Of a stretch of 32,000 bases of DNA, positions 8,571-17,953 are shown piece after piece. Below the pieces are notes generated by a model. The model was not told the DNA's origin. It did no database searches and saw only the letters and a list, made by a program, of their open reading frames with translations. Source of the DNA: Candidatus Thorarchaeota archaeon (GTDB lineage Archaea > Asgardarchaeota > Heimdallarchaeia > Hodarchaeales > Hodarchaeaceae); NCBI GenBank assembly GCA_048882505.1, contig JBHLRO010000002.1, positions 330,001 to 362,000 on the forward strand, read 5' to 3'. Each line of letters opens with the position of its first letter. Position 1 is the first letter of the stretch. The translations under genes were made by a program, and so were the position numbers.

Positions 8571-8779
8571 CGAAAGAACCTCATCAACTGCTGAGCTTTT
8601 TGTATTTAAATACTGTCGTAGGACTACGAACAGTCACTCAGAGGATACATATTCTTTATCGTTTCATGTTACATTCGGGGTTTCAAATAATTCCCAATCT
8701 TCGGATTGCCTTACTATTAGCGCAATTAGGTCTTTGGTTCAAAGATTTGTGACATGAAGACAAATTATCATCCGATTTC

Positions 8780-9622
8780 TTAGTGAAACTTTGATATTAT
8801 GTCATTTCTGAAATCATGGATATTTTCTATTAATAAATGTGTATTTAGAGTTTCGATGATGAATCTAAAGAACATTCTGTTCCCTAAGGATTCAAGATAA
8901 TATTCGGGGGTGTAACCGAAAACTCCAGCGTAAATTTCACACACCTCAAGTATATTTCTTTTTGAAACCTGGATATCACCTATGGGGGCTCCCCAGAGAA
9001 AAGTATAACGTATTGTTCGTTCTTCGAGCAAGTACCTAGCCAAATCCCGAAATCTATGTATCACTAGGTCCTTAGACTGCCTGTCTAAACCTTCTGCCCC
9101 AATAATCCTTTTCTTTTTCCCATAAAAGAGCTTAAGGTTTGATTTTACGACAACCCTGTTAGGAATATGGTAATAAATTCCGTTTATGGTCCTGATTTTG
9201 GTATAGTTTAAGGATAGCTCTTCCACAGTTCCTCTGATATCTGCTCCTACTTGGAGGAAATCGTTGATGCTGAAAGGCCGAAGAAATAACAAGTAAACCC
9301 CTGCAATAAAATTACTTACCCATTGGACTGATCCAAAGGAAACTAGGGCCCCAATCACTGTTGAAAATCCAAATATAGATTCTATAGAGTATTCAAAGAT
9401 AACTAGGGACGAATAAAAAATAATGACAAGTGTACCAATTCTAACAAGCAATTTTAAACTATTGACCATGTCCAAAGAGATTCTGGCATTTTTAACCAAA
9501 TATCTACCTATAAATACTTGAAGTATTCGCTGAACAGTTAATACGAATAAACTAATTCCGACAATCAAAGATATCTTGATCCCTATGGTGAAAAGGAATT
9601 CCGTGTGATCTTGAAAAATCAT
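8780..9622 (-). CDS. MscS-family mechanosensitive channel-like protein (B)
   Basis: SNFIAGVYLLFLRPFSINDFLQVG...GTVEELSLNYTKIRT...IPNR. Start re-placed at ATG 9622, which forms an ATGA overlap with the upstream stop and has a GGAG SD; the ORF track start 9688 is probably an over-extension. Confidence 0.88.
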   Translation of the reverse strand: MIFQDHTEFLFTIGIKISLIVGISLFVLTVQRILQVFIGRYLVKNARISLDMVNSLKLLVRIGTLVIIFYSSLVIFEYSIESIFGFSTVIGALVSFGSVQWVSNFIAGVYLLFLRPFSINDFLQVGADIRGTVEELSLNYTKIRTINGIYYHIPNRVVVKSNLKLFYGKKKRIIGAEGLDRQSKDLVIHRFRDLARYLLEERTIRYTFLWGAPIGDIQVSKRNILEVCEIYAGVFGYTPEYYLESLGNRMFFRFIIETLNTHLLIENIHDFRNDIISKFH

Positions 9623-10500
9623 AAAGATATCTCCTGCTGTAATTCTTGATAAACTGCTGTTGCAATTCGCTCCATAAAGTATGGCCACACATTAAAAATG
9701 GTATATCCATCAATTGCACGAATAATCAGGTAAATTTCCTGTCTAAAGTCGTGTCGTCCAAGATAATACTCTGGTTTGACCCCAAACACAGATCCAAACT
9801 CATTACAGACGTGATTCACACCTTCCCTTACTCGTTTGATCGATATAGGGGGAGTAGTGATATCTAGTTTTAACTCAATCATCTTTTTATAGGTCACGAA
9901 TTGCCTTGATAAGCCCGAGGACGTTGTAAAATTCGAATTTTCGGTTCTTTCTGTAAAGTTCAATAATGAAGTGTTTAGTAGATTTCCATTTGGGATCTTG
10001 ACTATCGTCCTGTCCATTGTGGTCAAACGAGTGAAATTAATCCCAATCTCTTCAACTATTCCTTCAATCCCTTGTGTTTTTATAAAATCACCCACTCTAA
10101 ATGGTCTGGTAGTTAAAATGTACATTCCCCCTATAAAATTGGCGGCAACTCCTGTAAACGACACGCCGATAGCAGTGGCTAGAATTGCCATTGAACCAAG
10201 AATGATTTCGAACTGAACTCCCAGGTTTGAGAGTAGAAGTGCGGTAGCTAAGAGTAAAATTGTAAATTGTGAGAATGCAACAAGTACCAGTAATCCGTTT
10301 TTTACATCTGCATTGATACGGGGTGTTTTTTTGAATATATATTTGAATGCCCTACCCAAGATCCAAACCAGAATGAAAATAACTATGTAATCTTGAACGG
10401 TAAAAGCTGTCAGAACTGCTTGTAATCCTTCCAAGGAGGGAATTTGGCTTATGATTTCTACCATCTCCTTAAACTGATTATTGTATATTGGTTTCTTCAT
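9619..10500 (-). CDS. MscS-family mechanosensitive channel-like protein (A)
   Basis: ANFIGGMYILTTRPFRVGDFIK...GIVEEIGINFTRLTT...IPNG. Start at 10500 (overlaps the nhaA end) or 10464. Confidence 0.9.
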   Translation of the reverse strand: MKKPIYNNQFKEMVEIISQIPSLEGLQAVLTAFTVQDYIVIFILVWILGRAFKYIFKKTPRINADVKNGLLVLVAFSQFTILLLATALLLSNLGVQFEIILGSMAILATAIGVSFTGVAANFIGGMYILTTRPFRVGDFIKTQGIEGIVEEIGINFTRLTTMDRTIVKIPNGNLLNTSLLNFTERTENSNFTTSSGLSRQFVTYKKMIELKLDITTPPISIKRVREGVNHVCNEFGSVFGVKPEYYLGRHDFRQEIYLIIRAIDGYTIFNVWPYFMERIATAVYQELQQEISL

Positions 10501-11851
10501 GTTTTTTCTGAGCTCTTATCCCCATATAACGTAATATTACAAATCCTACGATTCCAGATATAAGCGAAGCAGTGATTATTCCAATTTTTGCCATGATTAA
10601 ATTGGTTGGGCTAATTAATGCCAGACCTGCAATAAACAATGACATCGTAAAGCCAATTCCACCTAAACACGAACCCCCATATATATAACTCCACGTCAAA
10701 CCTGATGGTAGGTCAGCCAATCCGATTTTTACTGCGATCCATGAAAATAGAGATATTCCTAGTGGTTTTCCTAGGATTAAACCAATGATGACTCCTAAGC
10801 TCACTGGCTCAAAAAACATCTCAAGATCGATCCTTTCAATGGTGATACCTGCATTCGCAAAGATAAACAAAGGCATAACAGTAAATCCTACCCAATAGTG
10901 AAGAGCTCGTTCAAAACGTTGTAAAGGAGTTTGAACATCTAAAACCGCTAGCTCTAACGTTTTTAAAGCTGCCAAATGCTGTCGATTTAAGAGGATTTCT
11001 TTATCGCGACCTCCTGCTGCTTTAAATCTATCCAATATTGATTGTCCCTCCTGAATGAATTCCTCTGGATTCATTCTAGTTTGAGCTGGCACTGTTAGTG
11101 CAACGAGGATCCCTGCAAGTGTTGCATGCAGACCACTTGAGAACATAAAATACCATAGCAATATACCTAATATTCCATATACAATATGATTTTGAACCCC
11201 TCGCTGATTAATTATAAGCAGACAGAGAAACAGCCCTGCGGCAATCAACAAGAATGTATAATCAAGCTTTTGAGAATAAAATACCGCTATTACTAATACG
11301 GCACCAATGTCATCTACTATGGCGAGGCTTGTGAGAAATATTTTCAAGGTATGGGGTACTCTTGTACCTAAAAGCGCCATCACGCCGATCACGAATGCAA
11401 TGTCAGTAGCCATCGCAATTCCCCACCCTCTAGCTCCACTTGGATTATTCAGATTTATAAGACTGTAGAGGATTGCAGGCATGATCATTCCTCCCATTGC
11501 GCCAGCTATTGGCAATAAAGCTTTTTTAGGCGATTTGAGTTCTCCTACAAGTAACTCTCTTTTGATTTCAAGTCCGACTACAAAGAAAAACAAGGCCATT
11601 AATCCATCATTTATCCAAAGATGCAATGGCTTCCCGAAAGTGAAAGAACCTACCGTGATTTCGAGATCCACTTCCCATAGCTCAAAATAGTCATGTGAAA
11701 GTTGAGAGTTGGCGATTACCAGTGCTAGTACGGTGCATATCACGAGCAGAATACCACTAAAGGCTTCTGTTTTCAAGAAATCCTTGAAAGGTCTTCGAAG
11801 CATGATTAATGGGCTTTTAGTTTGTTGAATTCGTATGGAGCTCGATTTCAT
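10478..11851 (-). CDS. nhaA: Na+/H+ antiporter NhaA, long-loop type
   Basis: WINDGLMALFFFVVGLEIKRE, ATDIAF, LAIVDDIGA (catalytic DD), GLHATLAG, GKPLG and GIGFTMSLFI. Confidence 0.97.
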   Translation of the reverse strand: MKSSSIRIQQTKSPLIMLRRPFKDFLKTEAFSGILLVICTVLALVIANSQLSHDYFELWEVDLEITVGSFTFGKPLHLWINDGLMALFFFVVGLEIKRELLVGELKSPKKALLPIAGAMGGMIMPAILYSLINLNNPSGARGWGIAMATDIAFVIGVMALLGTRVPHTLKIFLTSLAIVDDIGAVLVIAVFYSQKLDYTFLLIAAGLFLCLLIINQRGVQNHIVYGILGILLWYFMFSSGLHATLAGILVALTVPAQTRMNPEEFIQEGQSILDRFKAAGGRDKEILLNRQHLAALKTLELAVLDVQTPLQRFERALHYWVGFTVMPLFIFANAGITIERIDLEMFFEPVSLGVIIGLILGKPLGISLFSWIAVKIGLADLPSGLTWSYIYGGSCLGGIGFTMSLFIAGLALISPTNLIMAKIGIITASLISGIVGFVILRYMGIRAQKKHEETNIQ

Positions 11852-12184
11852 AACTTTTCATTCCAGATCGGTATTCCCTAACAAAATTCTATTGAATTCC
11901 TTCAAACACAGACCTACAGTACAACTTTCATCCTTTTTTCCGTGAAATTCAACTACTTTTTCTAACGGAGTGCTATCCTAAATCTCCAATCATTTGCAAT
12001 TCGTTTCGTTTCCAGATTTATAATCATCGATCGGGGTGCCCAATGCCTTTCAATCTTCTTCAATCTTAATGGGGTATGTCTAGTGGCGCGATCACCCCAT
12101 CAGATTAACTATCAGCAAGAGATCGGGAGGAATTTTTTTAATATGGAGTGAATAGAAGTTGATGTTAAATTCGCACCATCTTAA

Positions 12185-12478
12185 GGTTTAATTTCACTTC
12201 ATCAAGCAGGAATATTTTCTAATCACGATTTATATAAGGTTCAGGTTCATACTGCCGAAAATTATGAAGGTTTGGAGCTGAACCAACTATCTGTAAAAAA
12301 TTTTGTTCGTTTTCATGGAAAAAATCCACAATTCTACCTGTTGCGGTGTTTAAAAACGCTTTTCGATCTAACGCTGGGAGAAATCCGTTTAGAATGTCAT
12401 GGCTGAATAAAAACCTGATTGGGCATCGTATTCACACAAGATCGAAAAGGATTTTCCTTTAGGAAGTTATACGATTAA
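12185..12478 (+). pseudogene. Possible decayed reading frame
   Basis: 98-codon stretch with only two in-frame TGA (12404, 12416) before TAA and no proper start, in an otherwise unexplained 780-bp gap. Confidence 0.25.
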
Positions 12479-12632
12479 CAACAACAGCTCTCAACTTAGG
12501 ATTTGAGTAAACTTTGTCTTGTATTACAAAGAATTGGAGATATTAGGAATTTTACAATATCCAAAAAGAGATTGTTTGCTTTAGTAGTACCTACGGAAGC
12601 TTTTAATAAGAAGTAGTGATCATGGAACATTT

Positions 12633-14087
12633 GTGAATAATTCGGAATTATTTGAGCTTGAGGATCGGTTCAAACGGCCCGACACGAGATTGACGGGGTT
12701 ATTCTTAGCTAATTTCGTTGAAAGCGTTGGTAGAGGAGGGGTAGACCAATTTATGCCCATATACGCGCGCGCAATTGGAGGATCAATAAGCGAGATAGGA
12801 TTAATGACTGGGTTGTTTTCCCTTGCAAGTTTGTTCCAATTTTTTTGGGCTTATTTATCACATAGACTTAGAAGACTGAAAATCTTTGTTGTGTTAGGTT
12901 GGATTGGAAATTCACTATTATTTATACCCATGATGTTGCTTAAGACTGGTCAGATGACCGTTTTAATTATCATTCGGGCGTTTCAAGCGATTTTTCATTC
13001 CTCTGCCGCCCCAACCCTGGGTTCTATATTGGCAGAACAGATTCCTCTGCGGGAACGCGCGTCGAGAATTACTTTTTTTACACGAATTGGGCTTCTGGGT
13101 GTCTTTTTGGGTACTTTAGCAGGAGGTACCTTGATCAGTTTTATTACAGATAGTCTAGAGTTTGAATTGGAGACCGCATTTTTGATCGCATTTGGTTGGA
13201 CAATCTTTTTGGGATTCCTTTCGTCTGGTTTATTTCATCTAACTGTTTACGAAAATCCGTCTATGAAAAGAATCGGCCCTTCTGATATAATCGAGAATAG
13301 CATTATCTATAATTCTACTCCCTCTCGTTTGGATTTCTATAAAATCGCAAAAATTTATCTTACTAAGTTTTCAAATTTTTGGGTTTTTTGTAATTTTGCG
13401 GGAATATACTATTTTGCGGTTTATCTTGCTGGTCCATTCTTTGTTATACTATCGATTGAGATTTATGGCTTTTCCTTTTTCATGGCATCTATTCTTACTA
13501 GTGTCACCACAGCTGCCCAATTCCTTGCAAGTTTGTATATAAGTAAAGCTCAGCTTTTAGATAGGTATGGACGTAGATTCCCGTTATTGATTGGAATCGT
13601 CTTGGTTTCTTTTGCAACTATCTCAGTAATTATCCCGTACTACCTGAACGTCCCCACATTCTTGTGGTGTATAATTTCTTGGATCATTCTAGGATCTGGT
13701 TGGGGAATCGTGAATGGATCGATTTCCGTTTTTTTACTGGATCTCATCCATCCACAATACCGTCTCCCTCTTATTGCGGCCTACAATACCATAACAGGTT
13801 TGACAATGTTCATTGGTGCCTTAGTCGGAGGTATCCTTACAGAAATACTACAGAATGTTGTTTCAATCTTTATGATACGATCCATGCTTACGCTGTTTAC
13901 GCTTGCCCTTTTAGCCAGAGTTAAAGAACCTATGTTTCCAGGATCTATCGTACATATTCGGCGCAACTTCTTATTCAAAGATTTTAGGTCTAACGCAGGA
14001 CAAGGTCCCGAATTAGTACCCACTCCTGTGAAATCTCGACAATCTGCTATCTGGAATAGGCAACTCTTTCGAAAGACGAGTAAATAG
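12633..14087 (+). CDS. MFS transporter
   Basis: Two blocks of about six TM helices with motif A-like loops AYLSHRLRRLK and QLLDRYGRRFP. Confidence 0.92.
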   Translation: MNNSELFELEDRFKRPDTRLTGLFLANFVESVGRGGVDQFMPIYARAIGGSISEIGLMTGLFSLASLFQFFWAYLSHRLRRLKIFVVLGWIGNSLLFIPMMLLKTGQMTVLIIIRAFQAIFHSSAAPTLGSILAEQIPLRERASRITFFTRIGLLGVFLGTLAGGTLISFITDSLEFELETAFLIAFGWTIFLGFLSSGLFHLTVYENPSMKRIGPSDIIENSIIYNSTPSRLDFYKIAKIYLTKFSNFWVFCNFAGIYYFAVYLAGPFFVILSIEIYGFSFFMASILTSVTTAAQFLASLYISKAQLLDRYGRRFPLLIGIVLVSFATISVIIPYYLNVPTFLWCIISWIILGSGWGIVNGSISVFLLDLIHPQYRLPLIAAYNTITGLTMFIGALVGGILTEILQNVVSIFMIRSMLTLFTLALLARVKEPMFPGSIVHIRRNFLFKDFRSNAGQGPELVPTPVKSRQSAIWNRQLFRKTSK

Positions 14088-14110
14088 GCCAACAACAAAT
14101 CGAAAGGAGG

Positions 14111-15031
14111 CTAATGCCCATATCTTTCCTTCGTTTCATCATAATTCTTCGACAATGCGGTGAGAAACTCCCCCGATATATCCAACAGCTTGGTTGCACT
14201 GTTCGAGATCAAATTAACCTGGAAAGTTGTATCCAGTCTGTTGCGCGAATAGACGAACCATGATATAGGCTCAGATAGTTTTTCCCTAAATTCCTCACCA
14301 GTTTGTTCTATGGCTTTTACGGACCAGACGTGTTTTTCATCCGAATTAGCGCCCCACATTAAAGGATACACAAAACGTAATTTCTGATCCTTTTTGAGGA
14401 TTAAAGAATCTTCAGTGGTTCGTGTGTTAACGATGGATTGCCCCAAAAATTTGCTATTCGAAACCAGCATGGTATTGCCAGTGGGCAACGTGATTTTAGT
14501 ATAGTTCACGGTAATCTCTTTTACACGTCCTTCCACTTTACTATCAGGAAGAATGATATAATCTCCGATCAGGAAAGGACGTGTTGCCATAATGTAGAGC
14601 CCTGCCAAGAAGTTACTTAAGGTAGTAGTCGAAGCGAATCCAATGGCGGTTCCTAAAATTGCTGAAATTCCCAATAATGTCCCTTGAAAGGCAGGAAAAT
14701 TGTTTAAATAAGCAATAATACAGAAAGGTACGATTATCATTCTGCCTAGCACTCTTAACGTGTTGATAACAGTTTTGGTCATTCTTGGGGTTATTACTTC
14801 AAGCATTGAACCCCAGATAAGCAACAACACCATAGCAATTAATATCCAAAACAACAACTGCACAAATAAGGTGAACAGGATTCTATAAGTGCCAGGAACC
14901 GTTGAGTCATCCACAAAAGTGGCCAATGGTGTGTCGTAGCCAAGGCTATTGATCGAGATAATGAGTATAATAAAAATCAAAAAGATAAGTGAGTAGAATA
15001 GTTGTGTCTTATTTATCTTCATAGTAATCAC
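14111..15031 (-). CDS. MscS-family mechanosensitive channel-like protein (C)
   Basis: LSNFLAGLYIMATRPFLIGDYI...EGRVKEITVNYTKIT...VSNS, with an extra N-terminal TM/signal segment. GTG start with a GGAAGGA SD, or ATG 15022. Confidence 0.88.
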   Translation of the reverse strand: MITMKINKTQLFYSLIFLIFIILIISINSLGYDTPLATFVDDSTVPGTYRILFTLFVQLLFWILIAMVLLLIWGSMLEVITPRMTKTVINTLRVLGRMIIVPFCIIAYLNNFPAFQGTLLGISAILGTAIGFASTTTLSNFLAGLYIMATRPFLIGDYIILPDSKVEGRVKEITVNYTKITLPTGNTMLVSNSKFLGQSIVNTRTTEDSLILKKDQKLRFVYPLMWGANSDEKHVWSVKAIEQTGEEFREKLSEPISWFVYSRNRLDTTFQVNLISNSATKLLDISGEFLTALSKNYDETKERYGH

Positions 15032-15334
15032 GTCCTTCCTTTGATGATTTCATAATTTCCATTTTCCAGACGAGTCTTCATCTTTTCTCTTGGATATCAG
15101 TCTTGACCAGCCATAGAAAATGGCAAAATACGGAAAATTGACCCCTATTTCTATGTTGATCAGTACCTAACGTCACACTTCTTAGATAATCCGCTGATAG
15201 GCGTTATTTTTTGAAAATATAAATATCTACCACCAGCAGGATGAGTGGTTTTTTGAATTTCATTGGTATAGAGAATTAAAAAGAAACTATCACTGCTTGT
15301 TATACCGTGAAAGAATACGAAACGGGATGTTTAC

Positions 15335-16465
15335 ATGAAGATTAACTTTAAGCGAATAGAAAAAGCCCAACAATTAATGGTCAAAGAGGGGATGGTTGGA
15401 ATAATGATAATGAACTATGATGACTATCGCTACTTTTTTGGGGACATCAGAACCCAACCTAGGGCCATCATACCAGCTAGTGGAGAGCCCATTCTGATCA
15501 CTTTTAAGGCAGAAGAACCTGAATTGAAAGAGACCCTTGGAAATGTTCCTGTTAAAATTTTTTCCCACGTCGGAGAACAGATCATGGATGTAAGAACTTC
15601 GTTCAAAGGTATAATACAGAATCCTGACATCCAAGCGATTATCCAATCAAATACTAAACCAAGGGTTGGAATGCAAATGTTCTTTCACACGCCCGCTTTT
15701 TTGGTCGATTTATTTAGACAAGTAAATCCTAAACTCGAATTGGTTTCGTCCGCCCCCGTAATGGATGAATTACGGATGGTTAAGGAACCTGATGAAATTA
15801 AATTAATGAACAAGGCTCAGGTAATTGCAGGAAAAGGCATGGATGTTGTTGGGGAGATCTTACGACCTGGAATCACGGGTCATGAACTTGCAACGGAAGC
15901 ACTCTATGTTATGATGAAGGAGGGAGCGGAAGGAACTAGTACTCCCATTTATGTAAATGCGGGAAAACGAAGCTGCTGGATTCATGGAAAAATAGATAAA
16001 TATCCGATTCAGCAAGGAGATCTGGTTGTAGTTGATTTAACCCCGCAATTTGAAGGTTATTGTGCGAATTTGACTCGGACATTCACCATTGGAAACGGGG
16101 ATGATCAAACAAATCGATTGATCGAGACCTACATCGAAATGAAAGAAGAGACTCGCCTCATGCTAAAACCTGAGGTGACTCCCAGAGAGCTAGATAGTTT
16201 GGGGAAAAAAATTTGCCAAGATCGAGGGTTTGGGGAGTATCATATCGATGGGATCTCCCACGGCATTGGTTTACGATTTGAAGAGACTCCTGCATCTACC
16301 ATTGTCAAAAAACATCGTAGTGTCCAGCTCCGCGAAAACATGACGATGACTATTGGCCATACCATACTTGCCATCCCTGGAGTGGGAGGTGCAAGGTTTG
16401 AGGATGTCTATCAAGTAACTCCAGACGGCGGGAGAATATTACATCCTTACCCTCTAAATGGATAA
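15335..16465 (+). CDS. M24 family (Xaa-Pro peptidase/creatinase fold) protein with non-canonical metal site
   Basis: Creatinase-type N-domain plus pita-bread motifs WIHG, VVVDL..GYCANLTRTF, HGIGL and RFEDVY. Confidence 0.88.
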   Translation: MKINFKRIEKAQQLMVKEGMVGIMIMNYDDYRYFFGDIRTQPRAIIPASGEPILITFKAEEPELKETLGNVPVKIFSHVGEQIMDVRTSFKGIIQNPDIQAIIQSNTKPRVGMQMFFHTPAFLVDLFRQVNPKLELVSSAPVMDELRMVKEPDEIKLMNKAQVIAGKGMDVVGEILRPGITGHELATEALYVMMKEGAEGTSTPIYVNAGKRSCWIHGKIDKYPIQQGDLVVVDLTPQFEGYCANLTRTFTIGNGDDQTNRLIETYIEMKEETRLMLKPEVTPRELDSLGKKICQDRGFGEYHIDGISHGIGLRFEETPASTIVKKHRSVQLRENMTMTIGHTILAIPGVGGARFEDVYQVTPDGGRILHPYPLNG

Positions 16466-16531
16466 TAATCCCATCATTGGAAGCACAAGTATCCGTTAAT
16501 AAAAAAAGGACTGATCGAATTAGGTGAGCAT

Positions 16532-16678
16532 ATGAACAACCAAGAATCAAAATATCATGAACTTTTAGACAGTTTAAAAGAATTTTATGAAGAGTGTGGC
16601 GAGGAGCTTCAAGCATGCTATGAAGAAGCTCATGATCTGCTAGTTGAAATTTTAACGAAACATGGGATTCTCCCGTGA
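16532..16678 (+). CDS. 48-aa acidic helical microprotein
   Basis: Hand-translated: MNNQESKYHELLDSLKEFYEECGEELQACYEEAHDLLVEILTKHGILP. It has an AGGTGA SD 4 nt upstream and fills the gap between two co-oriented genes. Confidence 0.75.
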   Translation: MNNQESKYHELLDSLKEFYEECGEELQACYEEAHDLLVEILTKHGILP

Positions 16679-16693
16679 GAACAGGTGTAACCC

Positions 16694-17902
16694 TTGGCTC
16701 TTCTCTCGATTGAATCTATAACAGAAGCCAAGAAAATCTTGAATAATAATGTAAAGCGCACTCCCTTGAATCACTCGACCACTTTTTCTAAAATGACGGG
16801 GTGCGAAGTTTATCTCAAACACGAGAATCTTCAAAAGGCAGGGTCGTTTAAGGTACGAGGGGCATACAATAAAATCGCTCATATAGATGAATCAGTAAGA
16901 AAAAAGGGAGTAGTTGCTGTAAGTACGGGTAACCATGCTCAGGGTGTGGCTGTGGCAGCAGCCATGTTTGGAATTCCCTCAACGATTGTGATGCCCAAGG
17001 GTGCACCTATTCCTAAGATAGAGGCCACTAGAGGATATGGTGGTGTGGTTGAATTATTTGGTGAGAGTTTTGAGGAAGCTTATTCACGAGCCTTGGAAAT
17101 TGCAAAAAATCGTGGATTGACAATGATCCATGCATTTGACGATCATCATGTCGCTGCGGGCCAAGGGACAATTGGTTTGGAAATTTTAGAAGATCTTCCA
17201 GATATTGATTTGCTAGTTTGTCCAATAGGTGGGGGAGGGTTAATTTCTGGGATAGCAAGCGGAATAAAAACTACGAATCCGTCCTGCCGAGTGATAGGGG
17301 TTCAAACAGAGGAAATGAACGCAGCATACCAATCAATCAAGACAGGAAAATTAACTTTAACGGGAAGGGGTAACACTATTGCTGATGGTATCGCTATTAA
17401 GAGTCCTAGTGAATTTACGTTTTCAATAATGAAATCTCTCGTTGATGATGTTGTTATTGTTAAGGAAGAGGAGATTGCGGAGGCGATCCTCCTTTTAATG
17501 GAGCGTTGTAAATCCATAGCAGAAGGAGCAGGGGCCGTTTCCTTGGCAGCTCTTTTGAACCACGACATCGCAAAAAAGGGGGAGAAAATAGTACTAATTG
17601 TAAGTGGAGGGAATATTGACAGTACTATTCTAGGTAAAATTATAACACAAGGCTTACTTAAGTCGGGAAGGTATCAAGAACTAAAAGTCTTGGTTGAGGA
17701 TAAGCCTGGTCGTTTGGAGGCATTATTAGAAATAATCACATCGCTTGAAGCCAATGTTGTAGATATTGATTTCGACCGGTATTCGGCCAAACTTCCTTTT
17801 GGTTACGGCATCATTCATCTGGCTCTTGAAACCAAAAATCAAGATCATTCTACAGATATCGTTCAAGAAGTAAAAAAGTCTTATCAGCTTTTAAGTGAAT
17901 AA
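16694..17902 (+). CDS. ilvA: Threonine/serine ammonia-lyase (PLP fold II) with C-terminal ACT domain
   Basis: KHENLQKAGSFKVRGA (PLP Lys), STGNHAQG, PIGGGGL, EGAGA, SGGNID and ACT domain EDKPGRL. TTG start with an AGGTG SD. Confidence 0.93.
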   Translation: MALLSIESITEAKKILNNNVKRTPLNHSTTFSKMTGCEVYLKHENLQKAGSFKVRGAYNKIAHIDESVRKKGVVAVSTGNHAQGVAVAAAMFGIPSTIVMPKGAPIPKIEATRGYGGVVELFGESFEEAYSRALEIAKNRGLTMIHAFDDHHVAAGQGTIGLEILEDLPDIDLLVCPIGGGGLISGIASGIKTTNPSCRVIGVQTEEMNAAYQSIKTGKLTLTGRGNTIADGIAIKSPSEFTFSIMKSLVDDVVIVKEEEIAEAILLLMERCKSIAEGAGAVSLAALLNHDIAKKGEKIVLIVSGGNIDSTILGKIITQGLLKSGRYQELKVLVEDKPGRLEALLEIITSLEANVVDIDFDRYSAKLPFGYGIIHLALETKNQDHSTDIVQEVKKSYQLLSE

Positions 17903-17953
17903 ATAATCCTGGTGGAGCAATAGGGATATCTCGAGGACAAAAAATGTCCTGAA

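Noticed and set aside
7297-15031. Mobile element or genomic island boundaries around the transport block
   Set aside because: No transposase, integrase, terminal inverted repeats, target duplications or tRNA attachment site were seen.
15335-16465. Direct assignment as ectoine hydrolase EutD/DoeA or creatinase
   Set aside because: I cannot see their specific signatures, the neighbouring dehydratase has an ACT domain unlike EutB, and no other eut genes are present. Kept only as an analogy.
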